DNA of 63,177 nucleotides, the filler included, from Octopus bimaculoides (lineage: Eukaryota): NCBI RefSeq assembly GCF_001194135.2. It is 5 parts of 5 records of this genome, joined end to end, with 100 filler letters (N's around TTAATTAATTAA, not from the genome) between each part and the next. Parts side by side here need not be neighbours in the genome. Positions count along the whole stretch, not along the records: positions 43,037 to 60,693 come from NC_068982.1; positions 60,794 to 62,052 come from NW_026388470.1; positions 62,153 to 63,177 come from NC_068985.1; 2 more parts are not named here. The stretch is one strand, 5' to 3'. Made by a program: the position numbers and the translations under genes. The notes beneath the pieces were generated by a model. It did not search any database. It saw nothing but the letters and a program-made list of their open reading frames with translations, and was not told the DNA's origin. This document shows positions 52,788-63,177 of the stretch, in pieces. The stretch's first letter is position 1; the number at the start of each line of letters is the position of its first letter.

Positions 52788-53322
52788 GCAGTGCCAGGCA
52801 GTGACTCTCATGGCTTCTGATTTTAATTGATTGGAAGTGTTATCATGTACATTGTTTTGTCTTGGTATAAAAAGATGGGCTACAGCAAATATTCTGCTCA
52901 ATACCACAGATTTGCTTGTCAGTTGTTTGACCTTAACCAGTTGAGCATGTCCCTTGGTGGGTGACGATATGTGCATATCTGATCATGAGCTGAAGTAGTG
53001 AGGGAGCATCATAGGAATTCTTTGGGGTTTGAATAATTCACCTTTGGAAACATGGGTGTTTAGCTCAACATCCTTAAATAAACCTTATTCAGGGACCTTT
53101 TGAGTGGGATGGGCTACTCGACCTGAAGAAAATTCTAACTGGGCCCCACCTGCGAGGCCATGCGCTGTTTATCTTGATATGAGATTACCATGTCACGCAC
53201 ATATGGTTGTGATGCATGTGCCTGGTGTACCCTTATCAGACGGGTAGTCATGATGGGTATACTGGGCTTCGTATATTTTTACCCCAGTGTCACTTTGATG
53301 GCATGCACTGCTCTCTCACTAA
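52788..53322. mobile_element. ~535-bp non-coding interspersed element flanked by (TAA)n
   Basis: Sharp GC-richer block between a long TAA/TAT tract (52712-52767) and AATAATAAT (53322-53332); no tRNA head, no TIR, no ORF. Repetitive nature inferred, only one copy in window. Confidence 0.5.
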
Positions 53323-54379
53323 ATAATAATAACGTAATATAAATAAAATGGCCAATGTCTTGGTACGTGACTTTATTGAAAATAGTTAGCATTCAGTGTG
53401 ACTGGGCTGAGAAAGACGTCCAACGTTGGTTGTGAATGCCTCGATATTATGTGTTAAATGAACAATGAAATGCTACACTCGCCAAGCATTATACGTAACA
53501 CGTGAAGAGAATCAGAATTCGAAGCTAAGGACAACCAAAATCAAGACGAGCATTACCAGACAAAACCTAATTTTTATTCCCGTCTGTTAAGTAAACTAAG
53601 GCAATATAGAATAAGTATTTAATAATTATTTCTTTCTAGAAATACAAAGAAGCCCAACTGCAGGTTTGAACTCATAGCTCATTGTTCATTGGTCATGTCA
53701 TGATTCATTGGTAAGTAGTTTACTCTAATCCAAGGATGGGCAACTTTTATAGTTTTAAAATTTTGCAACGGAGAGCGAGAGAGAGATTTGTATAGATCGA
53801 CTCTGTACTTGACTGATACTTTATTTATCGAGCCCAGAAGGATGAAAAGCAAAGTTTTCCTCCACAACAGTTAAACTTAGGATGCAGAGAACCGAGACCA
53901 ACGTTGTATGGCATTCTATCTGACGTTTTAACGACTGTTCGTATTCGATGACATTTTAGTTAATTACCATATATGAAATATTATATAACGAGGCGTGCTA
54001 AGATCGTTATTGTGTGAATCGACTGTGTTTATTTGGAGAGAGAGCAATACACATATCTTATTTAGAGACGGCTCGACTTTAACTCTCACCAACCAGACAA
54101 AAACAGGCGGGTTCCGAGTGATGTCGTCAAGTCTGCTTTCTTCGAATAAACATAGTTACTGTTCGAAATACTAACGCGTATACGAGGAAAAGAATACTCC
54201 CTATGTTTCGTAATATATTTCACATAAGGGAGAGATAAGATCTTCGTTGATTATTAAAATTTAGTCCCAAAATGATGACGATAGTAGTTTCTCCGAGAAA
54301 GACGGGTCTGAAATCTTTTGCTAAACTGCTTGCACAAATGATTTGTTTATAGTGATCAACTGCATGCGCTATACATTAA

Positions 54380-54580
54380 TTAGCTCCCTCCCTCCAACAA
54401 ATCGACGTTGCCTGAACAGATGCACAGTATACCATGCATAAGGTGTCGAAGCGATTGCAGAGCAGCATGAGAGGAAATGTTTTGCTCAAGAACACAACGC
54501 ACCATCCAGTCGTCCAGGAACCAAAATCACGATCTTGCGATCGTATGTTCAACACCCTAACCACCAGGCCATACGTCCTC
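54380..54580 (-). mobile_element. tRNA-derived SINE (family C-like), decayed
   Basis: Minus strand head atggcctggtggttagggtgttg...gttgtgttcttgagcaaac. Confidence 0.7.
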
Positions 54581-54749
54581 GACTGTCCACAAGTAAAAAC
54601 CTTATATGAGAGTAGCTAGTAATAATGAATATTTAATATATCTTTATATTTAGAAAGCATTTATTATGCAATTTTTGGTATGGTGGAGAGATACCTCATA
54701 ACTAACTGTTATTGTAGATGAGATAAAAATAAATATATTCTGTTCTTCT

Positions 54750-55152
54750 TTTCTTTGTTTCAGTTATTTAACTGCCACCATGCTGGGACACCGCCTTTTG
54801 TCGAACAAATCGACCCCAGGATCTATTCTTTGTAAACCTAGTACTTATTCTGTCGGTCTCTTTTGCCGAACCACTAGGTTACGGGGATGTAAACACACCA
54901 ACATCGGTAGTCAAGCGATGGTGGGGTAGGGTGAGACAAACACACACACACACACACACGCACGTATGCGCGCGCGCGTGTGTGTGTGTATCTACGGCGG
55001 GCTTCTTTCAGTTTCTGTCTACCAAATCCACTCACAAGGCTTTGGTCGGCCCGAGGCTATAGCAGAAGTCACTTTCCCAAGGTTCCACACAGTGGGATGA
55101 ACCCGGAAACATGTGGTTGGGAAGCAGGCTTCTTACCACACAGTCACGCCTA
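54750..55152 (-). mobile_element. SINE family B, full length
   Basis: aggcgtgactgtgtggtaagaagcctgcttcccaaccacatg...ccgaccaaagccttgtgagtggatttggtagac-(CA/TG)n-agagaccgacagaataagtactagg. Confidence 0.9.
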
Positions 55153-55293
55153 CAAATTTTAGAATGATATTTTTGATTTTCGATATTGGTGTATTATAGT
55201 TGTTGCTAGTCTTGTTGATGTTGTTTAGACTAGGCATAGGCTTTCTTTTCCTAGAAACGAAGGAGAGATGATATATGTAGAAAATGAAAAGGT

Positions 55294-55590
55294 AAAAACC
55301 CCCTTCGGTCATAGATGACCCTGGAATTGCACCTAGAAAGTTACCCTCCGAGGTACAAGTCCGACAAGGTTATTTATCGAAGACCAGCAATTGCCCATGC
55401 ATACCAGCCTCTCCTTTCCACGCCACCGATGTTATCCAAGGGAAAGGCAAGACGTCACAACTCATTTCTACAGCCGAGTGAACTCGAGCAAAGTGAAAGA
55501 AAATGTCTTACTCAAGAACACAACACAGAGCCCAGTCCGGGAATGGAACTCACTACCTCATGGTTGGGAAGCCGACGCTCAAACCACTGA
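55294..55590 (-). mobile_element. tRNA-derived SINE, family D
   Basis: Minus strand head ctcagtggtttgagcgtcggcttccc...gagttccattccc, then gtgttgtgttcttgagtaagaca. Confidence 0.8.
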
Positions 55591-55592
55591 GT

Positions 55593-55643
<51 letters not shown>

Positions 55644-56179
55644 TGACTGTGAACTAGGAACGAAAGAAACAAAGATCATACGTGTAGAATGCTTAATATG
55701 ACGTTATTTGCTCAGATACATAAATACTAAGGTTGACAAACCAACAACGGCCACAAGAGATATAGCTTATCATCAAGCAGATGCACTACTAAAAGAAATT
55801 CAGAAAGTTCCGTGGACCGCAGTTTGTCTATAACTTGTTTAGACTCAGGTTAATCCTGACAGAGCAGGTATTTCATAAGAGATGTTTCAGTAATGACTAG
55901 AAGCTTATTCATAACTATCGTCAATTTGAAACTACACTAATATGCCCACTCCGTTTTCAACGCAGTAAAATGGAAGTAGGAGGTCATTTGACTTCTATTT
56001 CTACAGCATCGCCTGACCACGTAAAGGATCCTTCGTAATACCAGATGCGAGACGTTTTTGTCTTTGTGTCTCATTTTACAAAATAGATCTTAGCGAGAAT
56101 TAAGGGGTAAACCACTGGACATACCATAACTCATTCCAGTGTTGGTTTATATAATTTTTGATATGCATAAAGCTTGTTA

Positions 56180-56420
56180 TACGAGGGCTACTGAAAAGTT
56201 CCTGGCTTTCGGTAAAAGAAAATATAACAGAATCAGTTAATTGTGGTTTCATTCAACGTATTCTCCTCTCATATTTACACGCTTATTGCAGCGGTCCTTC
56301 AATTTTTCTAAGCCCTGTAAAAAGCTCGAAAATTTGGGTCTCCTCCAATGAGGTCTTTCGTGACACTCTTAAAACCAGGAATTTTCATTACCCATCGTAT
56401 TTTCTATGCAGCTGGAGTTA
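56180..56420 (-). mobile_element. mariner 3' end remnant with TIR
   Basis: TA+CGAGGGCTACTGAAAAGTTCCTGGC TIR; minus strand EKLKDRCNKRVNMRGEYVE matches mariner C-terminal KL..RW.KCV...GEYVE. Confidence 0.75.
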
Positions 56421-57730
56421 ATCATTTTCCTTTGATTTCTTTCCGTTTTTTTTTTTTTTGTAAATGTGCGTAATCAACCCAACATCGATTGCATTGAAAG
56501 CAGTTACTAATCCACCCCCTTTTTTTTTTCTGGTATATGGTGAAATAAATTAATATTTCGGAAACCATGGGTAGCCACGAGTTTTTCGTAGATGTGTGCG
56601 CTCCACATGTGTGTGAGAGTGTGTGTGTGTGTGTTTGCGCACGCGCGCGTGTGTATACAGAGAGAGAGAGAGACAAACATACATACATACATGTTTACAT
56701 ACAAGTATGGATAAATAACAGGTACCGATTTAAAAAATAAAACACAAAGAACAATTTCAATACATTAGAGAAGGAACGATAAAAAAAATGAAAGATAAGA
56801 GAATGCAAAGGATAAAGAAATAAGAATAAATGATTAAAAAAAAAAGCAAACAGAGAAGATATATTGATAGAAAAGACACAGAATATAAAAAAAAGAATAT
56901 CTATGCAATGGGATACCAAAAATAAAGAGAAAAAATAACAGAAGGAAAGAGGAAGGAGGTGAATGCAAGTAAGACACAGCAAAGAATTGAGAAAAAGAAT
57001 TTAATGGCGTATGTAATGACGAATGTAATGTTGAAAACTCCTTTTGATGTATGTATGTATGTATGTATGTATGTATGTATATGACTGTCAACGCGAAAAA
57101 TAACAAAATGGGGTTAAAACAGTAGATTGATTGTATAAGGAAAGTTATTGTAATTGAAAGGCAACTCGTGTGAAAATGCTATATGTAATTAATAATCTGA
57201 ACAAATTTTACAATTTTCATTTATATAGGCATCTATCTATATCGACACACCTACTGTAACCCTAAACAAAATAGCATAAATATTACTAAAACACTTCACA
57301 TCTTTCACATACTTATTGTGTTATGCTATAGGTAGATATTCTTTGTCTTCTTTGTTACGGTTGTTCTTGTTTTATCTCTTCTGTTTCATTTGCTTTCATG
57401 CGTTTCTTTTATATTAATCTGTTTTTGTATAAAGGTTCTAAAATAAAGTAATAAAATTGCCATATAAATTCTGGTTATGTAGGTGTGCATATATATAAAT
57501 ATGTATATATTCTCTCTCTATATATACAGTATCTCCCAGAAGTATGTACAGCCCTAAAAACTTTCAGTAAAATTGCCATTACTCTGATGATGTCGAAGGC
57601 AATCAAATGAAATTTATACTGAATAAAATATATTATACATGCAAACATTATTCAAATTTGGAACACAAAACAATAAACATTTTCGAAAATATGAACGAAA
57701 TATTAGTTTTTGAAACGTTAGAAAAATATG

Positions 57731-58382
57731 GGATCTTTTTTAAAACGGGGGCCACATTTTTCATTAATGTTTTACGTAGTGTTTTTGGTACGGAAAGACT
57801 TTCAAACTTCGTATACTTATCTATTTTGTGTTATAGAACAGAAAAATATTTTTGTATTCGAATTTATTTCATGTAAAAAATTGTCTTATTTCGATAATTT
57901 CAACCAATNNNNNNNNNNNNNNNNNNNNNNNNNNNNNNNNNNNNNNNNNNNNNNNNNNNNNNNNNNNNNNNNNNNNNNNNNNNNNNNNNNNNNNNNNNNN
58001 NNNNNNNNNNNNNNNNNNNNNNNNNNNNNNNNNNNNNNNNNNNNNNNNNNNNNNNNNNNNNNNNNNNNNNNNNNNNNNNNNNNNNNNNNNNNNNNNNNNN
58101 NNNNNNNNNNNNNNNNNNNNNNNNNNNNNNNNNNNNNNNNNNNNNNNNNNNNNNNNNNNNNNNNNNNNNNNNNNNNNNNNNNNNNNNNNNNNNNNNNNNN
58201 NNNNNNNNNNNNNNNNNNNNNNNNNNNNNNNNNNNNNNNNNNNNNNNNNNNNNNNNNNNNNNNNNNNNNNNNNNNNNNNNNNNNNNNNNNNNNNNNNNNN
58301 NNNNNNNNNNNNNNNNNNNNNNNNNNNNNNNNNNNNNNNNNNNNNNNNNNNNNNNNNNTGGCCCCCGTTTTAAAAAAGATCC
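57731..58382. mobile_element. Nested non-autonomous DNA transposon, Merlin-like
   Basis: Perfect 24-bp TIR GGATCTTTTTTAAAACGGGGGCCA (57731-57754 / 58359-58382), 8-bp TSD AAAATATG (57723-57730 / 58383-58390); interior mostly N. Confidence 0.8.
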
Positions 58383-58469
58383 AAAATATGTAAAGCCTAA
58401 AGGAAATTTGCTATATTCAATATTTTATTCACATGTTTCAGATATTGCTGATAATTTCAATTCTAATAA

Positions 58470-59375
58470 ATTATTTCTCCTGGCATATTAGCGTAAACAC
58501 AGTTTCCAAAGTAATTCAGAAGTACAAGGCTACTGGATGGCTAAGCAATAAACATCGTCCAGGTCGTCCTACGATTTTAACTACGCGTGATATTCGCCAC
58601 ATCCAACGTTGCATGATGGACGACATGTGTCGTACCGCTTCATCTTTGACCCAAGAAGTGTCTTCTGTTAGTGGAAAGAGTGTATCTGCCCAAACAGTTC
58701 GCCGAAGTTTGAACCAGTGCGGTCTTCATGAACGCACTCCCAATAGGAAACCTCTCCTCACTACCAGGCATAAATCAAGTCATCTTTCTTTTGCTGAAAC
58801 CTATGTTAGTAAGGGGAAGGAGTTTTGGAATAAAATTCTTTTTTCTGAGGAGACTAAAATCAACTTGTTTGGTTCAGATAGTATTAAACGAGTATAGCGA
58901 CGACCAGGTGAAGATGATAGTGACAAATGCACCGTGCCTACCATGAAACACGCAGGTAGAAGTGTCATGATTTGGGGATGCATGAGTGCGGCTGGTGTGG
59001 GTAGACTCAGATTTATTGAGAGAATAAGGGATTCGAGCCTTTATTGTAACATATTACAGAAAACAATGTTGAAAAGCATCAAGGAACTAGGAAGACATTC
59101 CATGTTCCAACATGATAATAACTCTAAGCACGCTTCAAAAATGACGACTAATATTTTATCAGATGTTACCTGATTTAAACCCAATAGAACATTTGTAGGG
59201 TTTATTGAAAAGGAAGATTGATGAGAAAAACCCACGCAATGTAACACAGTTGAAAGACATCATTCAGGATGAATGGAGTTTGATTTCACAGGTTATATGC
59301 AGAAATTTAGTCAACTCTATGCCCAGAAGATTTTATGCAGTCATTGAAAGCAAGGGTGGTCACACCAAATATTGA
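58470..59375 (+). pseudogene. Tc1 DD34E transposase pseudogene
   Basis: GRP, VS..TVRR, RKPLL, W.KILFSEETK (first catalytic D reads E), KH.G.SVM.WGC, FQHDN..KH, PDLNPIEHL, GGHTKY*; stop at 58895-58897 and deletion before PDLNPIE. Confidence 0.92.
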
Positions 59376-59939
59376 ATATAGCAAATAATCCCTTAGGGTG
59401 TAATATTTTTGTATCGTTTTAAAATTAATATTTCTTTCATATCTTTGAAAATGTTTATTACTTTATGTTCCAAATTTGTATAATGTTTGCATGTATAATA
59501 TATTTTATTCAGTATGACTTTGGTTTAATTTCTTTCGATATTATCAGAGTAATGGCAATTTTACTGAAATTTTTTAGGGGTGTACATACTTCTGTGAGAT
59601 ACTGTATATACGTAAATGTCGAACGATGAAAATGAGTGCTCAACACCGCATTGGAGGATATAATTTCGTTATTTGTGAATTAAGGCTACTATTGGTTTCA
59701 TGTTACAAAAAAAAAAAGTAGGAAAATATCCTAGTGTCTTAAGAATTTTTCTAACCAATCACATGGAGAAAGGTGTTCGCCTTCACTTCGGAAAACACAG
59801 CCTCGTTTAGTTCTCAGAGATTCTCGAGAATTCACGCGAATAAAACAATGAATCAAGGGGCGTTACTCTTGGGAGGCATCTTTTGAATGTTTGTGTCCCT
59901 TGAATTTGTCTTTTGGGCAAATTGTTGTGCGGTCAATTT

Positions 59940-60391
59940 ATTTCGTTCAGGAAATGAGATATGCTGTTCGTATTACCGTCGCAGATGGTGACTCTTCTTT
60001 GAAGTATTTGAGTGTAAAGTATTGTTTGGGTATGCAGACAGAGTAGGTTTTATCCCTAATGTTTAGGATGTTATCTGTTGGTTGTATAGTGTTTAATTTT
60101 TCAGTAGTACAGAGTTCACGTTTGGTACCGCGTCCTCTATACTTTTGGGCTTCAGCAATAATTGGCCACACTATCTGGGATTTGCTTATTCTACCTTTTT
60201 TCAATGTCCATATCATATTTGAAAAGGATGTTGCATGCTTTTTTTATTTTTGACTCTGAATGATACCAGATGTTGTGTATAACTTTTCTTGAACGTATTG
60301 CCTGTCATTCTGATATACATCTTTGCTACACTGTTGTGATCCGTGATCTTGGCCCTGTATACGAGTTTTTTCTCGTGACAGTTGTTGGTTA

Positions 60392-60395
<4 letters not shown>
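59940..60395 (-). mobile_element. Penelope-like element GIY-YIG endonuclease remnant
   Basis: LVYRA.I...K.YI.MT.NTFK..Y.QH..SF...HATS...IW.LK...I.W.II..A..Y...LCT.EKL...LN.R follows the PLE GIY-YIG C-terminal pattern. Confidence 0.75.
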
Positions 60396-60432
<37 letters not shown>

Positions 60433-60793
60433 CCTCTTCCTCTCCCTCTCCCTCGCCCTCTCTTCCCCTCTCTCTCTGCCTTTCTTTAATCTCACCATTA
60501 GAACATGACCCCTCTGCTAAAATTATGTTCCTAACTCGCCCCTGTATCCCTACCTCCAGCCAACTTTTTTAATCACGTAATGAATATTACGTTCCCCGTA
60601 CCACGCTTCTCTCTCTGTCTTTTCTCTTTCCCTCTTTTTCTTTCTCTTTCCCTCTTTTTCTTTCTCTGTCACTCTTTTTCCTATTCACTCTCTNNNNNNN
60701 NNNNNNNNNNNNNNNNNNNNNNNNNNNNNNNNNNNNNTTAATTAATTAANNNNNNNNNNNNNNNNNNNNNNNNNNNNNNNNNNNNNNNNNNNN

Positions 60794-62052
60794 CAGTAAA
60801 TTGTTGTCCAGCAGTGTGGCATCTTCGCTTGGCGAGTTTTTTGTGTGTTCATTGTACGAACAAATTTTGTATTCGCTGTCTGTGGGAGGCGGGTTTGCTT
60901 GCCTACAGTAGCGAAAATTTTTGTTTTGGCTTTGAGACGAAAAAAACTTTGAGCGAAGTCGACCGAGGTGGGCGGAATTGGTTTTTGAGCTGTGTGTAAT
61001 TTATTGTGTTTCTTTTTTCATTAGATTCGCCAGTTCTAGAGCAGTTTCGTTTACTTTCGGCGACTTTAAGTTGTTGCTAATTTTTGTGAACAAAATTGTG
61101 TTTCTCGTTCGTCGTTATTGGTAGGCGTGTTCGAGTCACCATAACGGCGAACTGAGAATTTTTTGTGAAAAACTTTTTGTGTTTCACTTAATTGCGAGAA
61201 CTGTTGTTTTTGGGGGCGTATCTCGCCTCCGAAAAACTTTTGAAAAATTCTTTGTGAAGGATCTTTTGTTCCTGCTGCTGTGGACCTGGATTACCTTTTG
61301 GAGTACCTTTACAGGAATACCTTTTTGGAGGACCTTTATTGGAATACCTGTAGGCCAGGATTACTAGGTGGCCGGAATTTTGTTGCTGTGACTTGAACTG
61401 TCTTCCTTCCTTCTTTTTCTCTGCTCTATCTTTTTGTTCTTTTTGTATTTAGTTTTTTTTTGTGAACTTTTCAGTTGAACCTTTTTTTTGTTGAACCTTT
61501 TAGTGAACTTTTTTTGGACTTCTTAGACTTTCTTTTCTGCAGGCATGGCAAAAAAGTGCAACACTGTCTTGGAGTGGGAATTGTGCCCACCCAAGCAGTG
61601 GTTGGAAGAACTGGAGGAAAGAACAGTGACGCTCCGAACCTACTCAAAGATGTTGGATAGCGTCACTGTCTTTCCTCGAACTACTATCGAAAATGAACTA
61701 AAAAATTTGAATGCCAACTTTAAGCATATTTCAAGGGGAGTCAAATATGCAACTGTGTGGTTGCTTTTTGACTCCGCGAGTGAAGCTCGCAAATTTGTGA
61801 GTGGGCCCATTGAGGGCAAAGAAATTTTGTTTCTGCCCACATATTGTGGGGAAAAATTAACTATAGCTTGGGTCTGTGGGCTGCCACCAGGCATAGAACC
61901 TGATTGGACAGAGGATACTATCAGACGGGGTCTGGGTGGCAGCGGAGCCAAGCTCTTAAACGTGAAAATTCTATCTACAGCGGATTGGGTGGGGTCAAAA
62001 GCGGTTTTGACCCTGTGGACCCAATCAGCCAAAGATCTGGTATTCCCAGATT
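60794..62052 (+). mobile_element. Probable 5' end of a Tx1/L1-like LINE (UTR plus ORF1)
   Basis: CpG-containing, strongly T-skewed ~750-bp leader followed by an uninterrupted ORF; both ends lost in gaps. Confidence 0.55.
61545..62052 (+). CDS. Uninterrupted ORF (169 codons to gap), LINE ORF1/RRM-like
   Basis: MAKKCNTV...ERTVTLRTYS...ISRGVKYATVWLLFDSASEARKF...VCGLPPGI; beta-alpha pattern suggestive of tandem RRM-like folds; ATG 2 nt after a polypyrimidine-CAG acceptor; no stop before the N-run. Confidence 0.65.
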
Positions 62053-62164
62053 NNNNNNNNNNNNNNNNNNNNNNNNNNNNNNNNNNNNNNNNNNNNTTAA
62101 TTAATTAANNNNNNNNNNNNNNNNNNNNNNNNNNNNNNNNNNNNNNNNNNNNTATATATATATA

Positions 62165-62325
62165 TATATGTATGTGTGTGTATGTATGTATCTGTGTTTG
62201 TCTCCCCCAACATCGCTTGACAACCAATGCTGGTGTGTTTACATCCCTGCATCTTTGCGGTTCGGCAAAAGAGACCGATAGAATAAGTACTAGGCTTACA
62301 AAGAATAAAGTCCTGGTTTGTTTAA
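62165..62325 (+). mobile_element. SINE family B, 3' half
   Basis: catcgcttgacaacc.atgctggtgtgtttacatcc...ggttcggcaaaagagaccgatagaataagtactaggc. Confidence 0.85.
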
Positions 62326-62943
62326 CCTCAAAGGTCCGGGTAATTCTGCCTTACGGAACAGCGTCAAAACACTGATACCCTAGAATCCCTTGCATCAATG
62401 AACTGAGTGGCTTTGAACATGCTGCCGTCGTAAAAGGAAGAAGTTAAGCTGGTGTGACATACACAACAGTGACGAGCAAATTTGCGTTCGAATCTGCCGG
62501 AATGCATTGAGAATAAATATGGAAATCCACATTTGTAATATAGTTTCACAAGAATGGAAATTGACTATTTCACTTAAATAAAGGACTATAGCATGGTTGT
62601 GACTGGTATTTTTTTCAAACACGAACTATTGGAAATGTAGATTAATATGGCGATACGACAAAGAAGACTGAGAGCTTCACAAGATTTATTTTCTTAACAT
62701 GGGCTTTATGATTAAGAAGTATTCGTAAATACCTCTGTGAAATATACGTGAAGCATCAATACAAACACCGAAATTTCACACCTGCACTCGAAAAGTTTTT
62801 GTAAGACTTGTTTTAGAAAAACAATCATTTTATAATATCTAGGTACATAGTCATTAAGCAAGAGTCTTACCGGGCTAATACATACAAGCATATATGCATA
62901 CATAGAAGCATACATACACGTACAGGCACATGCACACACAGAC

Positions 62944-62983
<40 letters not shown>

Positions 62984-63177
62984 GTGTGTGTGTGTGTGCG
63001 TGCGTGTAATAATGTTTAGCAGAAGCAACGGAGTGACTTAAAAGATTCGTGTGTTGGTACTTATCAAGGTCATATTTTGAGCTCTACTTTTCCTGTTTGC
63101 ATCACCATACCTATATATATATATCCATACATTCATGTATATATATATATATATATTTACATATATATATATATATA

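Larger units (their letters stand above)
57527..59604 (+). mobile_element. Full-length Tc1-family transposon (IR/DR type), inactive
   Basis: ~200-bp TIRs starting CAGTATCTC(C/A)CAGAAGTATGTACA at both ends, TA TSD (57525-57526; 59605-59606), internal transposase remnant. Confidence 0.95.

Noticed and set aside
53985-54182. Possible mariner MITE (TATAACGAGGCGTG...ACGCGTATA)
   Set aside because: Terminal similarity too short and degenerate to support.
59945-60000. Possible second hammerhead downstream of the Penelope remnant (minus strand CTGCGA...GAAC)
   Set aside because: Core too degenerate and no supporting stems I/III.

Overview
AT-rich animal genomic DNA saturated with microsatellites ((CA)n, (TA)n, (TACA)n, (GA)n, (TAA)n, (GAA)n, (TCTA)n) and broken by 17 N-gap loci. 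The tRNA-derived SINE families and repeat density point to an octopod cephalopod, probably Octopus (inference, not a database result). I find no confidently supported host protein-coding gene, rRNA, true tRNA gene or CRISPR array; most ORF-track entries are microsatellite or N-run artefacts. The window is largely a transposon graveyard: >25 SINE copies of at least 4 families, several R4/Dong-type (restriction-like endonuclease) LINE fragments, RTE, CR1-like and Tx1/L1-like LINE pieces, a Penelope GIY-YIG remnant, mariner remnants, Helitron-family HINE-like elements, and a full-length but dead IR/DR-type Tc1 (57527-59604). Best second-look items: a 358/360-identical inverted duplication (23931-24704); a ~525-bp ancient palindrome with a pre-miRNA-sized apex (8822-9346); a Penelope-type minimal hammerhead-like motif (6984-7021); a Merlin-like MITE with perfect 24-bp TIRs and 8-bp TSD nested in the Tc1; an uninterrupted Tx1-like ORF1 behind a strong splice acceptor (61545-62052); and a recurrent association of retroelements with (TAA)n/(TACA)n tracts. 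None is demonstrated to be a new biological system.
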